The notes beneath the pieces were generated by a model that saw only the letters and a program-made list of their open reading frames with translations, was not told the origin of the DNA and made no database searches. This document shows positions 1 to 15,906 of a DNA stretch of 64,000 nt, piece by piece (within the stretch, counting starts at the first letter, position 1; every line of letters starts with the position of its first letter). The DNA comes from Eledone cirrhosa (taxonomy: Eukaryota). The stretch covers positions 158,100,001-158,164,000 of the forward strand of contig OZ024740.1 in assembly GCA_964016885.1 (NCBI GenBank). The letters are read 5' to 3'. The position numbers were made by a program, and so were the translations under genes.

Positions 1-396
1 AATCTGGCGGGGGATAATGTAGCAAGAGTTGCCTCCCTTGTTGTGACGATCACATCACCAATATTCTCTAGACAGGAAGTAGTTGGAGTTACTTCCCGTT
101 GGGGTGGCAGAACCCTTTGTGTCACTTCCGTCTTGAGACCCTATAAAAGGGATACTCAGAGCGATCTCTCTCTCATTTGACCTTTCGGCCAGACGCGTTC
201 GCCGAGTCTCTACTCTCTGGCAACCCTAACATGGTCTCTTGCGATATAACTTCAAAACGGTAACAAATAACTTTACTTCATATTTCATCTACTCTTGACA
301 TGTCAACAATTCTATACTACATAACTTCAACTTGTTAATTAAACTTTATATACACAACCTAGTGTCTTGTTATATTCATACACACAAGTATTTTGT
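1..396 (+). mobile_element. Possible LTR-like segment (3' part), abutting a (TA)n tract
   Basis: TATAAAA at 142-148, followed by a CT-rich stretch and ATTAAA at 338-343; ends TTGTTA into (TA)n. No internal retroviral ORF or second LTR in the window. Confidence 0.35.
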
Positions 397-1235
<839 letters not shown>

Positions 1236-1347
1236 ACAGTGTAGAGCACCGCCTTCTAATTTATTATTGTTGTTAACTTCTTGCTTTTCGTATTGTAGTT
1301 GTAATATTAGTTGATGATGTTGTTTCAGCTGCTGGTGTGTCTCATAT

Positions 1348-1404
<57 letters not shown>

Positions 1405-1438
1405 ATGGTGGTGGTAGTAGTAGTAGTAGTAGTGGTGA

Positions 1439-1489
<51 letters not shown>

Positions 1490-1510
1490 CAGTGGTGATG
1501 GAGGTGGTAA
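1348..1510. repeat. (TAG)n/(TGG)n trinucleotide microsatellite
   Basis: Direct reading. Confidence 0.95.
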
Positions 1511-1920
1511 TATTACTGTTATTTGCCTCCTTTTCCTCGCTGTTGTCGTTGTTGCTATTGTTATTGTAACTGTTGTTCAGAGTTTTAGTTATCCTCAGAA
1601 AAGCCAACACACACACACACACATACACACACACACACTCATACATACACTGCCAATTTGTTTATATGTAAATATGTATACGCACACACACACATAAATG
1701 CATACATAGATGTATTTACATACATACATCCATGCATGCATACATTCATAGGTACATACATACTTATATACATATATACATACATTACATACATACATAT
1801 ATACATATATACATACATACATACACACATACATATATGTATCATATATCTGGGTTGTTGTTCTTATTCTCGGCACTTCTAGTTCAGTGACCGACCTGGC
1901 TGACACTGTTTACTTCAGCC

Positions 1921-2330
1921 CAACTACCACAACCAGTACCAGCACCACCACTACCACCATCACCACCACCACCACTACCACCACCAACACCACCACTACC
2001 ACTACCAACACCACCACAACTACCAACACCACCACCACTATCACCATCATCATCCGACCACCACCACCACGATCATCTGATCACCATCAACACCACGACC
2101 ACCACCACCAACACCACCACCACCACCAACACCAACACCACCACCACGACCACCACCACCATCATCCGACCACCTCCACCACCTCCACCACTACCACCAA
2201 CACCACCAACACCAACACCACCAACACCAACACCACTAACACCACCACGACCACCAACACTACCACCACCACCACCAACACCACGACCACCACCACCATC
2301 ATCCGACCCACCACCATCACCACCACCATT
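1921..2330. repeat. Degenerate (ACC)n microsatellite
   Basis: Direct reading. Confidence 0.95.
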
Positions 2331-2499
2331 CTCAAAGTACCGCTGTTCTTAGAAGGATAATAAACAAGAAGTAGTAGATAATTAACAAATAACAAAAGCA
2401 CACACACGAACATGGACATACACACACGCACACATACACATACACATATTATTATACAAATATATATGTAATTAATTATATGCACACACACCATACTAT

Positions 2500-2535
<36 letters not shown>

Positions 2536-2940
2536 ATTAGCAGAGAAGGATAGACACACAAAATGACTTTCTTCTCTGAAGGATCACGTATGTGAAAATT
2601 AACTTTTCTTCCCCTCTCTATATTTTGTTTTTGTTATTATCATTATTTTCACTATCTGTACAAATATGCAACTTAACAATATTCTGCATATTCGCAATTG
2701 ACAATGCATTTAATGCTGAAACCGGTATTGTAAATAAATTAATGCTTTGAAATTTCACTAAAAATATCTCTTCAACATTTTCTACAAAAAAAATCTTTTT
2801 TTTTTCCTACTATTTGATATATATAATATATATATATATTGGAAAATCACTGACGAAGGACTATTTTTATCATATGTAACCCATGTGCAAACCACGCAGT
2901 ATTCTTCTTTCTTCTCATGTTTTATATATATATATATATA

Positions 2941-3133
2941 GAAAAATGTTACACCCCGACAGCAGAGCTCAATCCGTTCGACGGCTATTTCTGGACTCAG
3001 AAATAGCCGTCGGAACGGCTTGAGCTCTGCCGTCGACGTCTAACATTTTCATATTACCCACTCTACTACCCTAAATATTGAGTACTCTGGTGCGTTATGG
3101 TCCATCTGGTTCCTTACCACATCTCCTTTGTTA
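2941..3133 (+). mobile_element. Fold-back mini-element, family A (hairpin + unique tail) in (TA)n
   Basis: Imperfect inverted arms 2941-3050 centred near 2995, then tail TATTACCCACTCTACTACCC...CCTTACCAC. Homologous to 4069-4247 and 41294-41468. Confidence 0.8.
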
Positions 3134-4017
3134 TATATATATATAACTTTACTGGCTTGACTGGCCTTCGTCAGGACGGTCCCTCCCACCGCTTGCAACT
3201 GCGGACTTGAAAACAGTAGAGAATATATAGTTTTCTCGTCTGTGTAAATGAGGTGATTAATCTCAATTTTTTTCATCCAAGCAGAAAAATCACCCTTCGG
3301 GTAGTTTTCTGCTTCGGTGTGTAGAGTGCATATTGATATTATACACAAATATATATGCATGTAGATATGATACGTCAAATAAAATCGTAATTGACAATAT
3401 GCAGTGAAATTGAACGAAGTCTGTGTTACACTCTCTTCTGTAATCAGTAAAGTAATCCATGATACATTAAAAAAAGACGATATTATATATAAACTGCATA
3501 TATGATAAACTAAACTGTTATGAAAATGAAAAAGGAGAAAATTAGCAACAGAAATATAAACCTTATATAACGATGCAAATATATGAACGTTTATATAAGT
3601 GATGTGATGAGTGCTATGATATAATGGGGACTAACCGGAAGTGTTGACATTTGAAAATTTTAAAGAAGTGAATGTTAAAATAAGCAATACTTTATATACA
3701 AGAATATTTATATTTAATCAAGAGTTACGAAATTTAGTAAATAAATTACATAACATTCATTCATTATTTATTCAAAGTAATCCAACTTATTTTACTAACG
3801 GGATAGAAAACTATAAAATGGACGCTGTCCCGCACTCCTCCCTTTATTATATTATAGATATATAGATAGATAGATACATATGTGTGAGTGTGTGTGCGTG
3901 TATGTGTGTATGTTTGTGTGTTTGTGTGTGTGTACAAATGATTATATGAATATAAATATATGTGCATGTGTGTATGTATGTATGAATGTATGCACGTATG
4001 TATGTTGATGTATATGC

Positions 4018-4068
<51 letters not shown>

Positions 4069-4069
<1 letters not shown>

Positions 4070-4244
4070 CGAGGGAAAAGTGGTAAGGAACCAGGTGGAC
4101 CATAACGCACCAAAGTACTCAATACTTAGGGTAGTAGAGTGGGTAATAGGAGTAAGTAAGACCCCGACGGCTGAGCTCAAGCCGTTTCGACGGCTAATTC
4201 TGTCGAAACGGCTTGAGCTCAGCCGTCGGGGTCTTACTTACTCC

Positions 4245-4247
<3 letters not shown>
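4069..4247 (-). mobile_element. Fold-back mini-element, family A
   Basis: Perfect 46-bp arms 4146-4191 / 4202-4247 with a 10-nt loop; tail 4069-4145; (TA)n on both sides. Confidence 0.85.
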
Positions 4248-4276
<29 letters not shown>

Positions 4277-4279
4277 TAC

Positions 4280-4397
<118 letters not shown>

Positions 4398-4673
4398 CTG
4401 TATATCTCTCTCTCACAATAGGAATACTACCATATACCGTTTGAAGTTTATGGGATCTTAGGATGATGCTTTGATGAGGTTGATATGCGCTTGACATTTG
4501 TAGAGGACGGATGGCAAGAGAACCAAACCTTCAGTGAATATTTTTCAAAGGTTGATGCCATCATCATTTAGGCAATATTGAAAGATATTTTCCATATCAT
4601 GCAAACGATATAATGTTCACTGCGTGAGTTTGAACGTTTTGAGCGTATCCTAGGACTGTCATCTACTTATTTA

Positions 4674-4792
4674 TATTATAGAGTAAAATGACAAGAGGCT
4701 GGACAGATTGAATTCCTTCGAATTTATTTTTCTGAAATAAAAATTCAAAGGAATTCAACCTGTCCGGCCTGCTGTCATTTTACTCTATAATA
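4674..4792 (+). repeat. Fold-back hairpin, family B (related to HHR-bearing segment 8046-8160)
   Basis: TATAGAGTAAAATGACA...GAGGCTGGACAG.TTGAATTCCTT is mirrored by AAGGAATTCAACCTGTCCGGCCT...TGTCATTTTACTCTATA. Confidence 0.75.
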
Positions 4793-5000
4793 TTTAATTA
4801 TACTCTATAATACTCTATAATACTTAACTCTATAATACATTATACTCTATAATACTTAACTCCGTTCCTGTACCACCAACAGGATTCAACATGAAAGATG
4901 AATGGGATGTGTAACGTCGAGTGTTTTCCTAATATTACATTATGGTTAACATTACAGAATGACCAGTGGTGAATCACCAAATTTAAACATATTTATGTAT

Positions 5001-5035
<35 letters not shown>

Positions 5036-5111
5036 TTCATGTATTTATTTTTTTAAATCGACTTCATGGTCAATTCAATGTTGATAATATTTCGTTTCTC
5101 TTTGATTGCAG

Positions 5112-5255
5112 CATGTATAACCTTAATGATCCTTTTAAACGGAACAAACCGTTGCTACGGAATATTTTTTGTGGAGATTTTGAGCTTTTTTAGTGCTTCT
5201 TCCACGTTTGGATCAATTGTCCTCAGTGTATCAGCTGCTGCTTATAGCCTCTCAG
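5112..5255 (+). CDS. SLC16/monocarboxylate transporter-like MFS gene, internal exon (TM1-TM2)
   Basis: Acceptor ttgattgcAG, donor cag|GTGCGT. Translates (A)CITLMILLNGTNRCYGIFFVEILSFFSASSTFGSIVLSVSAAAYSLS, matching the MCT 'G...fGvffve...F..s.s' pattern. Phase 1/1, in frame with the exon at 51869. Confidence 0.75.
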
Positions 5256-5444
5256 GTGCGTTTACAATTTTCTTTATATGTTTGTGTGTGTGTGTTCTTC
5301 CACTCACCTTCTCTCTGAAGCTGTTGTTCCGATCATTGACACCTCCCACTGTCAGTGTTCTCCCATTCAAAGGTGAAATTAATTTTCTGTTCTATATTTT
5401 ATTATTTCAACCTTTCCAAGGGCGGTGGATTGGCAGTGTCGTCC

Positions 5445-5670
5445 AAGGGCGGTGGATTGGCAGTGTCGGTAGAGCATCGGATAAAATGCTTTGCGGCATA
5501 GAGTGATGGCCCTTTATACTCTAAGTTCAAATCCCGCCAAGGTTAGCTTTGCCTTTCATCCTTAGGTGGTCGATAAAATAAAGTACAGTAATGCACTGAG
5601 GGTCGATTTCATCGATTTTTCCCTCCCTCATAGTTGTTGGTCTTGAGCCTAAATTAAAAACCATTATTTT
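5445..5670 (+). mobile_element. tRNA-derived SINE with Nin/Deu-like central domain
   Basis: A-box-like TGGCAGTGTCGG, B-box-like GTTCAAATCC, then TTTGCCTTTCATCC...GGTCGATAAAATAAAGTAC. Head tandemly duplicated (27 bp, 5415-5468). About 9 copies in the window. Confidence 0.8.
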
Positions 5671-7202
5671 AACCGTTCCAGACATAACTACAGTTAAACA
5701 AAATTGATGTTACGACATATATCCATTGATGGGCTTATATTTCTGAGGCGCTGAAGCTTTAATTTTTAGAGGAGGGTTCTGATATAAGGGGCCCTTAATT
5801 TTATGGTGAGTAAGTTTAGCCGAGCTTCTATGAGGTTGTATCTTAGAAACTCCAGTTCTATCATGTTACAATTTTCTGATAACAAGGGGCATCCCACCAA
5901 TCTACCACTTTGGACTGGTACATTATTTATCGACCCCAAAGGATAAGAACCAAAGTAGATTTCGGTTGGATGTGAACTCAGATCGCAGAGAACCAGAACG
6001 AAAGTCACAAAACATTTAATCCGATGCTCTAATAAGTTGAAGAAAAGCCTGGATCATATATTCTTTCCAGTAGCCTACTTTTTGCAGTGTATTTTTACTG
6101 CCAACTGAGTGCATTTTTGTGCCTTGGATATGTGTAGTGTTTTGTTTAGGCTGTGTATTGTCTATTGCATTTAACGTTTTCTAAGCAATATGTGCGTTAG
6201 GAGTGTTATCTTCTGTACAAATAGGCGTTAACATAGTCAATATAATTAAATGAATTAAACATAGAACTTTAAAGATGAGAACATTTCTGGTAAAAATGGG
6301 TAGCGGATACCCCGTTATTTTAATTAATTAAAATTAATTGAACATGAAATGTAGTGTGGAGTAACCCTAATCTGTAGTAGTAGGAGCATGTTTTAATATT
6401 ATTAGATCTCATCAGCTAAGTATAAAATAACCGATCATAGAACGACTAGAGAGATTAGTTTTTCGTGTATGAAAAACGAACGCTGTAAGAACTTAAAATA
6501 ATGACTGGAGAAGAATTCTCCCGGGTATTTACTGCAAGTAAACTTAACCAAGAAATGTTACTCAATTATAACTATAGATTTTAACTGACACCTGCTGCAG
6601 GAAAATATATATATACATACACATACATTTAAAAACATTTTTACTGCTTCGTAATAAGGGAAGAGTAGCGGGCATCGCCTTTTTCAAGATCTCCAACAGT
6701 GGTAGGAGAGTGAGAGGGAGGGAGGTATCTTCAAACTGGAGACTTGGTAAGAACACAGTCAGCAGAATGGATTCTGTTAAAGCATTCAAAGGTTAGATGG
6801 TGATGTTGAAGGGAGCGATGGATTAAGCATCCATCCACACAGATATTTTGTTAATTTTAACAAAACAAAAAATCGGGGTTTAATTTGTAGGTATGGTTAT
6901 TTCTAGGATGTACCTGCATCAACAATCAGTTGATGACTTTGATCGTAGCATTTTTATGCGCAAGTTATTACCCGTTTGCGCTGCTATTTGTGAGTTAGAT
7001 AATCATGCCGTTATTTGTAAAACAACATTAAATCTAGTCATCTACTGTTTTATGGAAATTGGGTCCATGGCGCCAGTACCTTTACACCTTGTAATAAATT
7101 TTTGGCAAACTGACCAGACAGCTGACCTCCAAATATATCCTTATGTTTTATATTGATCCTTATATTTGTCGTAAGTTTGATTGTTTAACTTTAGTCCAAA
7201 GG

Positions 7203-7445
7203 CTTTAGCATTTATGTTACTCTATATTTAGCATTTATGTTACTCTATCTTTACTATTGTATTTTTATGGTAAAGGCTTTACCTCATATAATTATTTCAC
7301 ATAATATTGAATCTATGAGATTTTGATGTTATTTATTTTGAGAAAAATAACTTAACATCAGTATGAACGGCCAGTTATGGCCGGTTTGAACAGAAAAAAG
7401 GTGATAGATTCTGACCGGATTCGGCCGGTTTGAATGCTAAAGGGA
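7203..7445. mobile_element. Degenerate MITE-like repeat (piggyBac-type ends)
   Basis: CTTTAGCATT ... AATGCTAAAGGG inverted ends; TTAA target sites not preserved. Confidence 0.35.
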
Positions 7446-7878
7446 AGGCAAGCATGATTTAGCTAACCAAGCCAACAACCGAATCTAAGAAATCTACTTA
7501 ATATTCATTGAAAATAGTTTCAAATCGTTCATAAAAGCTTAACGTCGAAATTCTTTATCCTTCAATAGTTATTTTGTTACATAATATCGGAAACTGTGTT
7601 ATACATAACACAACGAAAAAAGTCAATTGAAAAAATCAATTGTATTAACGTGAACTCCTTGTAAATTAGTTTTGTGAGATTAGATTACAATAATCAGATT
7701 ACGCCACTCTTCCTGACTCCACGGTACAATGCTTTTTCTTTTTTTTTTTTGTTTATTTTACTATTTTTTAATGTAAGAATCCAAATAAATATCGCATTAA
7801 ATTATCAACTACGTAAATTATAATCGAACTACATATTTTACACACACACACACACACACACATACATACACACATACA

Positions 7879-7954
<76 letters not shown>

Positions 7955-8095
7955 TATATAAATATATATACACATATATATATATATTTATATATATATA
8001 TGCACACACACATACTCACACACACGTATATATACATATATATATAATATAAAATAACAGGAGGCTGGACTGGTGTAATTCCTTAAAGGTTTATT

Positions 8096-8153
8096 ATACT
8101 ATGAACATTTCAATGACCGGGTTCAGTATGAATCCGGTGACATCATCAGGTAT
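8096..8153 (-). ncRNA. Type I hammerhead ribozyme motif
   Basis: Minus strand: ATAC CTGATGA tgtcaccgg...ccggtcatt GAAA TGTTCA TA GTAT (stem I ATAC/GTAT, AUA site). Confidence 0.75.
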
Positions 8154-8182
8154 TCACAATTTAACAAAGGAATATAATAGAT

Positions 8183-10285
<2,103 letters not shown>

Positions 10286-10734
10286 CAGAGCCATAGATGT
10301 TAAATTTGTATATCTAATGATATACAGTATGTTTACGAATAAACATTTTGAAAGCCCTTTACCTATGAATTTTAGAGTTTTTAGTCCAAATGACGAGTTC
10401 GGTATAGAGCTAGTTCCACAACAAATTAACAAACTATACTCGAGGACGCACGTTTCACCGGGCGGATTTTCAATATAAGCGACAGTGATAAAACCAGTTG
10501 CAACCCTTTTATTCAACATAAACACAAGCGATCAAGCATGTAAGATAAATATAAAGGAAAAACAGTTTTCGAAAGACTGTTAAAAAATTCTTTTTGAAAA
10601 GTCTGTAAACACAGCTGAAACCGGTAAAAGCAAACACAAATATATAAATGATTATCAAATTATTTGGCCCGCGAATACAGAAACCTTCTATATAACCAAA
10701 AGGTCAGTTATTGCATTTTTCAAACCCTATTTTA

Positions 10735-10786
<52 letters not shown>

Positions 10787-11469
10787 TAGAGGTGTATATA
10801 TATATATATATGCATGTGTGTGTGTGTGTGTGTGTGTGCATAATTTATAGAAGACCTCTAGGATGCTCGTCAATCGCAGAAAACAACTGCTATTATAATC
10901 AGTTACAATAAAATAGCTTTAAAAATCGGTTAAAAACCCTTAGAAACGAGGAGAGATGTTGCAACATTTAAAATTAAGATGCACTGAGGAAATACATTTA
11001 TAGATGTAGAATGGTCAAGTGCAATTACAATCAGTTGCTATTTTCCCGCCTCTAAATGTCTTTACTTGACTTTTAGAAACTATCCTAATGCAACTGACTG
11101 TAATTTCAGTTATTTTCTGTGCTTGCGTATCCTACATTTATAAATATATTTCTTTAGCCCTTCGTAAGTTCGAATATTTGAGCTTCACACACGATGTTTC
11201 TTTACATTTTCCAAAGCTGTTTGATTCAGCTCCTTAGTTTAGACGGCAGGATGTTGTTTGAGATCCATTAGCTCAATAGTAAAATCACTCAGGTTCGATT
11301 CTTCGTAGCGGGTGCTGCCACAACCTTTTCCGTCTCTAAGGGTCTTAACCCAGCTATTTTATTGTAACTGACTGTGATTGGAGTTATTTTCTGCGCTTGA
11401 ACATCATATATCTTCTATAAATATATTTTCTCAGTGCTTCGTAAGTTCGAACTTCAAACGATGTTTGTT

Positions 11470-11840
11470 TTTCGTTTCATTCTATTCCATTTATCGTTTT
11501 CAGTGCGCCCGGCCGACTGAACTCACTCGATATGCAAATTAGGCTGCTCAGCCGTTAATATGCATAAGGAAAGTATATATTTTCAGACGTTCAACCATCT
11601 GGCAGGAAGGTATACGATGCTGACAATAGCTAATAAGCTTGAAACTAGTACATCGTTCCTGTGTACGGCGTAACTCGGGCTGTTTGTTTGTTTACAAACA
11701 AACAAACCGAGCATTATAATAAATGTTCGGTAAACCGATACGTGCATATATATATGTGTGCATGTATGTATATATATACATACTACTGTACGTCTGTATA
11801 CATATATGTATGTACGTATACATACATACATACTTACATT
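11470..11840 (+). mobile_element. Retrozyme-like unit, monomer copy with HHR at 11614-11656
   Basis: Homologous to 37291-38340. ACGATG CTGACAA tagctaataagctt GAAA CTAG TA CATCGT (core G8>A in this copy). Confidence 0.8.
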
Positions 11841-11854
11841 TATATATATATATA

Positions 11855-12086
11855 TTAGAAATAGAAGTTTTCGCCGTATTTTTTTTTACTAAAGAAATGT
11901 TAGCCTGATAGTGGGGTTTAGAACCCTCTAAGAAATAGAAAAAGATGAGTATCGACTTACATGGGAGTCGAACCCATACTTTGGTTATCCAGGTGACTGT
12001 GTTTCCATTACACCAACACATCACCCATCTCCTCCCATTCAAAAATACGCCGAAAGCTTCTATTTCTAATTTCAAACTTACTCGCT

Positions 12087-12088
<2 letters not shown>
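11855..12088. mobile_element. tRNA-like sequence enclosed by ~30-bp inverted repeats, with short tail, in (TA)n
   Basis: TTAGAAATAGAAGTTTTCGCCGTATTTTT ... AAAAATACGCCGAAAGCTTCTATTTCTAA; A/B boxes on the minus strand within 11953-12023. Confidence 0.75.
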
Positions 12089-12157
<69 letters not shown>

Positions 12158-12167
12158 CATATATATA

Positions 12168-12311
<144 letters not shown>

Positions 12312-12312
12312 A

Positions 12313-12411
<99 letters not shown>

Positions 12412-12412
12412 A

Positions 12413-12476
<64 letters not shown>

Positions 12477-12753
12477 AATACAATATCGGAGAAAGCTTTT
12501 TAGCGATACTCCGGCCAAATTCCAACTCACTCAACAAACATTAGGAAATAAGTGATTATATTCCCAATTATGCGTTCGGGGTGCTAACTAAAAGTATTGC
12601 GTGGAAAATTGGCTGTATTATTTCATATGAGACATATCGAATATATCTCTTCCCAGACGGACGTCTCGTTTCATTATAGGATTCCTACAATTTGGGTTAA
12701 ATTATACCAATTTATGTAGGAGCTTATATACCATCAGTATATATATATATATA

Positions 12754-12985
12754 CAGCGAGTAAGTTTGAAATTAGAAATAGAAGCTTTCGCCATATTTTT
12801 GAATGGGAGGAGATGGGTGATGTGTTGGTGTAATGGAAACACAGTCACCTGGATAACCAAAGATGTGGGTTCGACTCCTATGTAAGTCGATACTCATCTT
12901 TTTCTATTTCTTAGAGGGTTCTAAACCCCACTATCAGGCTAACATTTCTTTAGTAAAAAAAAATACGGCGAAAACTTCTATTTCT
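12754..12985. mobile_element. Second, inverted copy of the tRNA-containing inverted-repeat element
   Basis: Reverse complement of 11855-12088 with few changes; A box TGGTGTAATGG 12826-12836, B box GGTTCGACTCC 12868-12878. Confidence 0.75.
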
Positions 12986-12997
12986 TATATATATATA

Positions 12998-13399
12998 TTG
13001 TTATACTTTGGGAGGGTCATGTTGCCAATAAGAAACACACGCACCAGTTGCTTTCACTTCAATTTATTATTATAAATTTATAAATTTAGGAATTTGTGAC
13101 CTCTTCAGTGACTGGGGGTTCTTTTCTTTGAGAGGCACAACAATCAAAAAAAAGAACCCCCAGTCACTGAAGAGGTCACAGAATGTGTGACGAAAGAACT
13201 TTGACAATATATAAACAACCATCTGGTTGTGGAACCAACCATCCAACCGGAAATTTATAAATTTATTATAATAAATTGAAGTGAAAGCAACTGGTGCGTG
13301 TGCTTCTTATTGGCAACATGACCCTCCCAAAGTATAACAATATCGGTTTCAACACACGTTTTCAGATAAAGAATGTTGCAAAACAAATTCAGAAACGAA
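12998..13399 (+). mobile_element. Fold-back element, family E, with HHR motif 13163-13205
   Basis: Outer arms ~12998-13096 / 13250-13341, inner arms 13096-13125 / 13151-13180. GTCA CTGAAGA ggtcac agaatgt gtgac GAAA GAAC TT TGAC. Homologues at 32483-32665 and 45650-45940. Confidence 0.8.
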
Positions 13400-13431
<32 letters not shown>

Positions 13432-13434
13432 TCG

Positions 13435-13487
<53 letters not shown>

Positions 13488-13599
13488 AGCCATATATATA
13501 GATATCGTTGGTAGTTATGCTTCTCTATATCACTAACCTCAAACATACACATCCTGCTACCTACCCTGTTTGTTTACAAACGAATTGGGCATTATTACT

Positions 13600-13762
13600 A
13601 AGGGTCGGACGCCATGCTTTCCAGCATAGTTACGTCCCTTTACGATCTGAGTTCAAATCCCGCCGAGGTTAACTTTGCTTTTCATCCTTACGGGGTCGAT
13701 AAAATAAAGTACCAGTAATGCACTGGGTAATTGCTGGTGCCTAAAGTAGAAACAATTATTAA
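13600..13762 (+). mobile_element. tRNA/Nin-type SINE
   Basis: GAGTTCAAATCCCGCCGAGGTTAACTTTGCTTTTCATCCTTACGGGGTCGATAAAATAAAGTACCAG. Confidence 0.8.
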
Positions 13763-13882
13763 TATTCGATGTAACCCATACGTACATAGCCATATGTACA
13801 TATGTGCGTGTATGTCTATGTCTATGTACGTGTGCATACTTACATTTATGTATAAGCTGTGCTAGGGTGAGAAATGAAATTC

Positions 13883-13927
<45 letters not shown>

Positions 13928-14137
13928 TCTGAGTATAGCTATCAGGGTGGATGTGCATTTTCGAGGTTAATGATATAGAGAAGCATAACTGCCAACGATT
14001 TATTTGCACATCGATAATTTTGCTCTCTGAAACAATCGTAAAATAATGGATTACATAACAAATTCCCCCTGTCATATTCATTCCTTGTTTAACGGTATAT
14101 ATACATTATTACATTATGATCCTGTCTCTATTTTGTA

Positions 14138-14170
14138 CTCCTGAAGAAGGGCTTAACCCCGACACGTCGA
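14138..14170 (+). ncRNA. Degenerate minimal HHR (PLE 3' end relic)
   Basis: CTGAAGA agggcttaacccc GACA CG TC; same design as 42985-43018 but GAAA>GACA. Confidence 0.5.
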
Positions 14171-14954
14171 ACTTTTTTTTCCTCTTTCCAATTTGAAGCG
14201 TGAAACTAGTAAAAAAAATGTCTATATGTCTGGAAAGAAATATCATGTAAAATAATCAAGAGGGTTCCTCTAGTTGTTAATTTAAGTAGTGCTGATGGAA
14301 GATCTAGGTCGAGGGTCATACATAGGTGTGAAGAAGAAAAGGAAATATTAAGAAGATAAAAAGAAAATATGTGTAGATAAGTTATGTTAAAGCAAAAGGA
14401 GATATGGCAATAGGGATACTAATTATAAAAAACTTAAAAAGAAAAATATATATAGAAGTTAAAATTCAAATAATTTAAAAGAAGAGGTATATAAAGAATA
14501 TGGTCCAAGAGTATATAAAAATCACAAAAGGAGCTGAAAGGCCTATATTGTGAGTGTTAATACTATAAATAAATAAAATAGAGAGATACTATAGGAAGTG
14601 TATTACAAATAATTATAAATATGAATGAGTTAAAGGGAGTATAAATAGGTGTAATAGTTTGTGCTAAGAGGTAGAGAAATAGGGATACTAATTATAACAG
14701 TAAAAATGTAAAGAGTAAAATAAAACAATATAAATAGAAATTATAATAAAAATAATTAAAAAGAAGGGGCTTATAATTAAAAAGAAGGGGTTTATAAAGA
14801 ACATGGTGAAAGAATATTTAGTTACAAGGGGGGGGGGGGGGGGGGCTAGATAGAAAGGGTTAAAAGTAAAAAGAAAAAAAGATAGAGGGATACAATAGGA
14901 AATGCGTTATTAAGAAGTAATTATACATAAGAGTGCGTTAAATTAAAAATGAAA

Positions 14955-15250
14955 AGAGTATTCAATATTAGAGAGTTTGAGTTGATTGATATGTCTGGCT
15001 AAAGAAGTAGAACATTTTAAATTACCATTCTTAAGGGAATGTTTATGAGAATTAAAAAGAGTCTTAAAATAGTTAGCACTAGCTCCAATGTACGTTTTAG
15101 TGTCACTGTGAGTTTTAACAGTGCATCTATATACTACATTATTAGCAAGACACTGACCATAAAGAGGGCAGATATTAAGATTTCTACAATTACAGTTTTG
15201 GTTAGAGGCGGTAGAGATAGTAGTTAAAGGGATAGAACTAGTAAGCGTAT
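14955..15250 (-). pseudogene. Decayed Naiad-like PLE GIY-YIG endonuclease
   Basis: Minus-strand translation with frameshifts: NCNCRNLNICPL/YGQCLANNVVYRCTVKTHSDTKTYIGASANYFKTLFNSHKHS.../STSLARHI. Not in the supplied ORF track. Confidence 0.8.
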
Positions 15251-15445
15251 GATTTGAAGGTGGGGTGATAGGAGAGTTAAAAGAATAACTATTAATGTTA
15301 GAATTATTTCCTTATTAAGTGTTAAGCGGTGGAGGTAAATTGACAGAAAGGGAGGCACTATGTTTGTTTAGTTTCTTAAACATATTTTTTCAAGAATTTG
15401 GTATTGTTTCCTCTAACATTTAATATATATATATATATATATATA

Positions 15446-15534
<89 letters not shown>

Positions 15535-15810
15535 GCAATAACATTAACATACCGTGGTTCATAATAGGGGTTTATATTGAAAGCATATATATTATGTTTA
15601 TGTGTCATAAAGATAAAAGTTTCGTTACGAATATTTTAAGATGTGAATATGTCACTTCTTTTTCGGCAGTTATATGAGTATATGAGACTCGCATGTGTTA
15701 GATAATGATGCTACTATTTGAGAAACACCTTTTATATCCATGTCTTATGGAAACTGGGTTCATGGCGACATTAATGTCTGAAGGAAATCTTTATCTTGGC
15801 AATATTGATC

Positions 15811-15906
<96 letters not shown>

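Noticed and set aside
4490-4930. Possible first coding exon of the transporter (DGW-like words)
   Set aside because: No MCT-like DGGW.W motif with a suitable donor site; the start is probably upstream of the window.
5066-5506. 146-aa ORF as a standalone membrane protein
   Set aside because: Only 5112-5255 is MCT-like and bounded by splice sites; the rest is intron and SINE.
12818-12889. Functional tRNA gene
   Set aside because: Acceptor and anticodon stems pair poorly; treated as a tRNA-derived part of a repeat.
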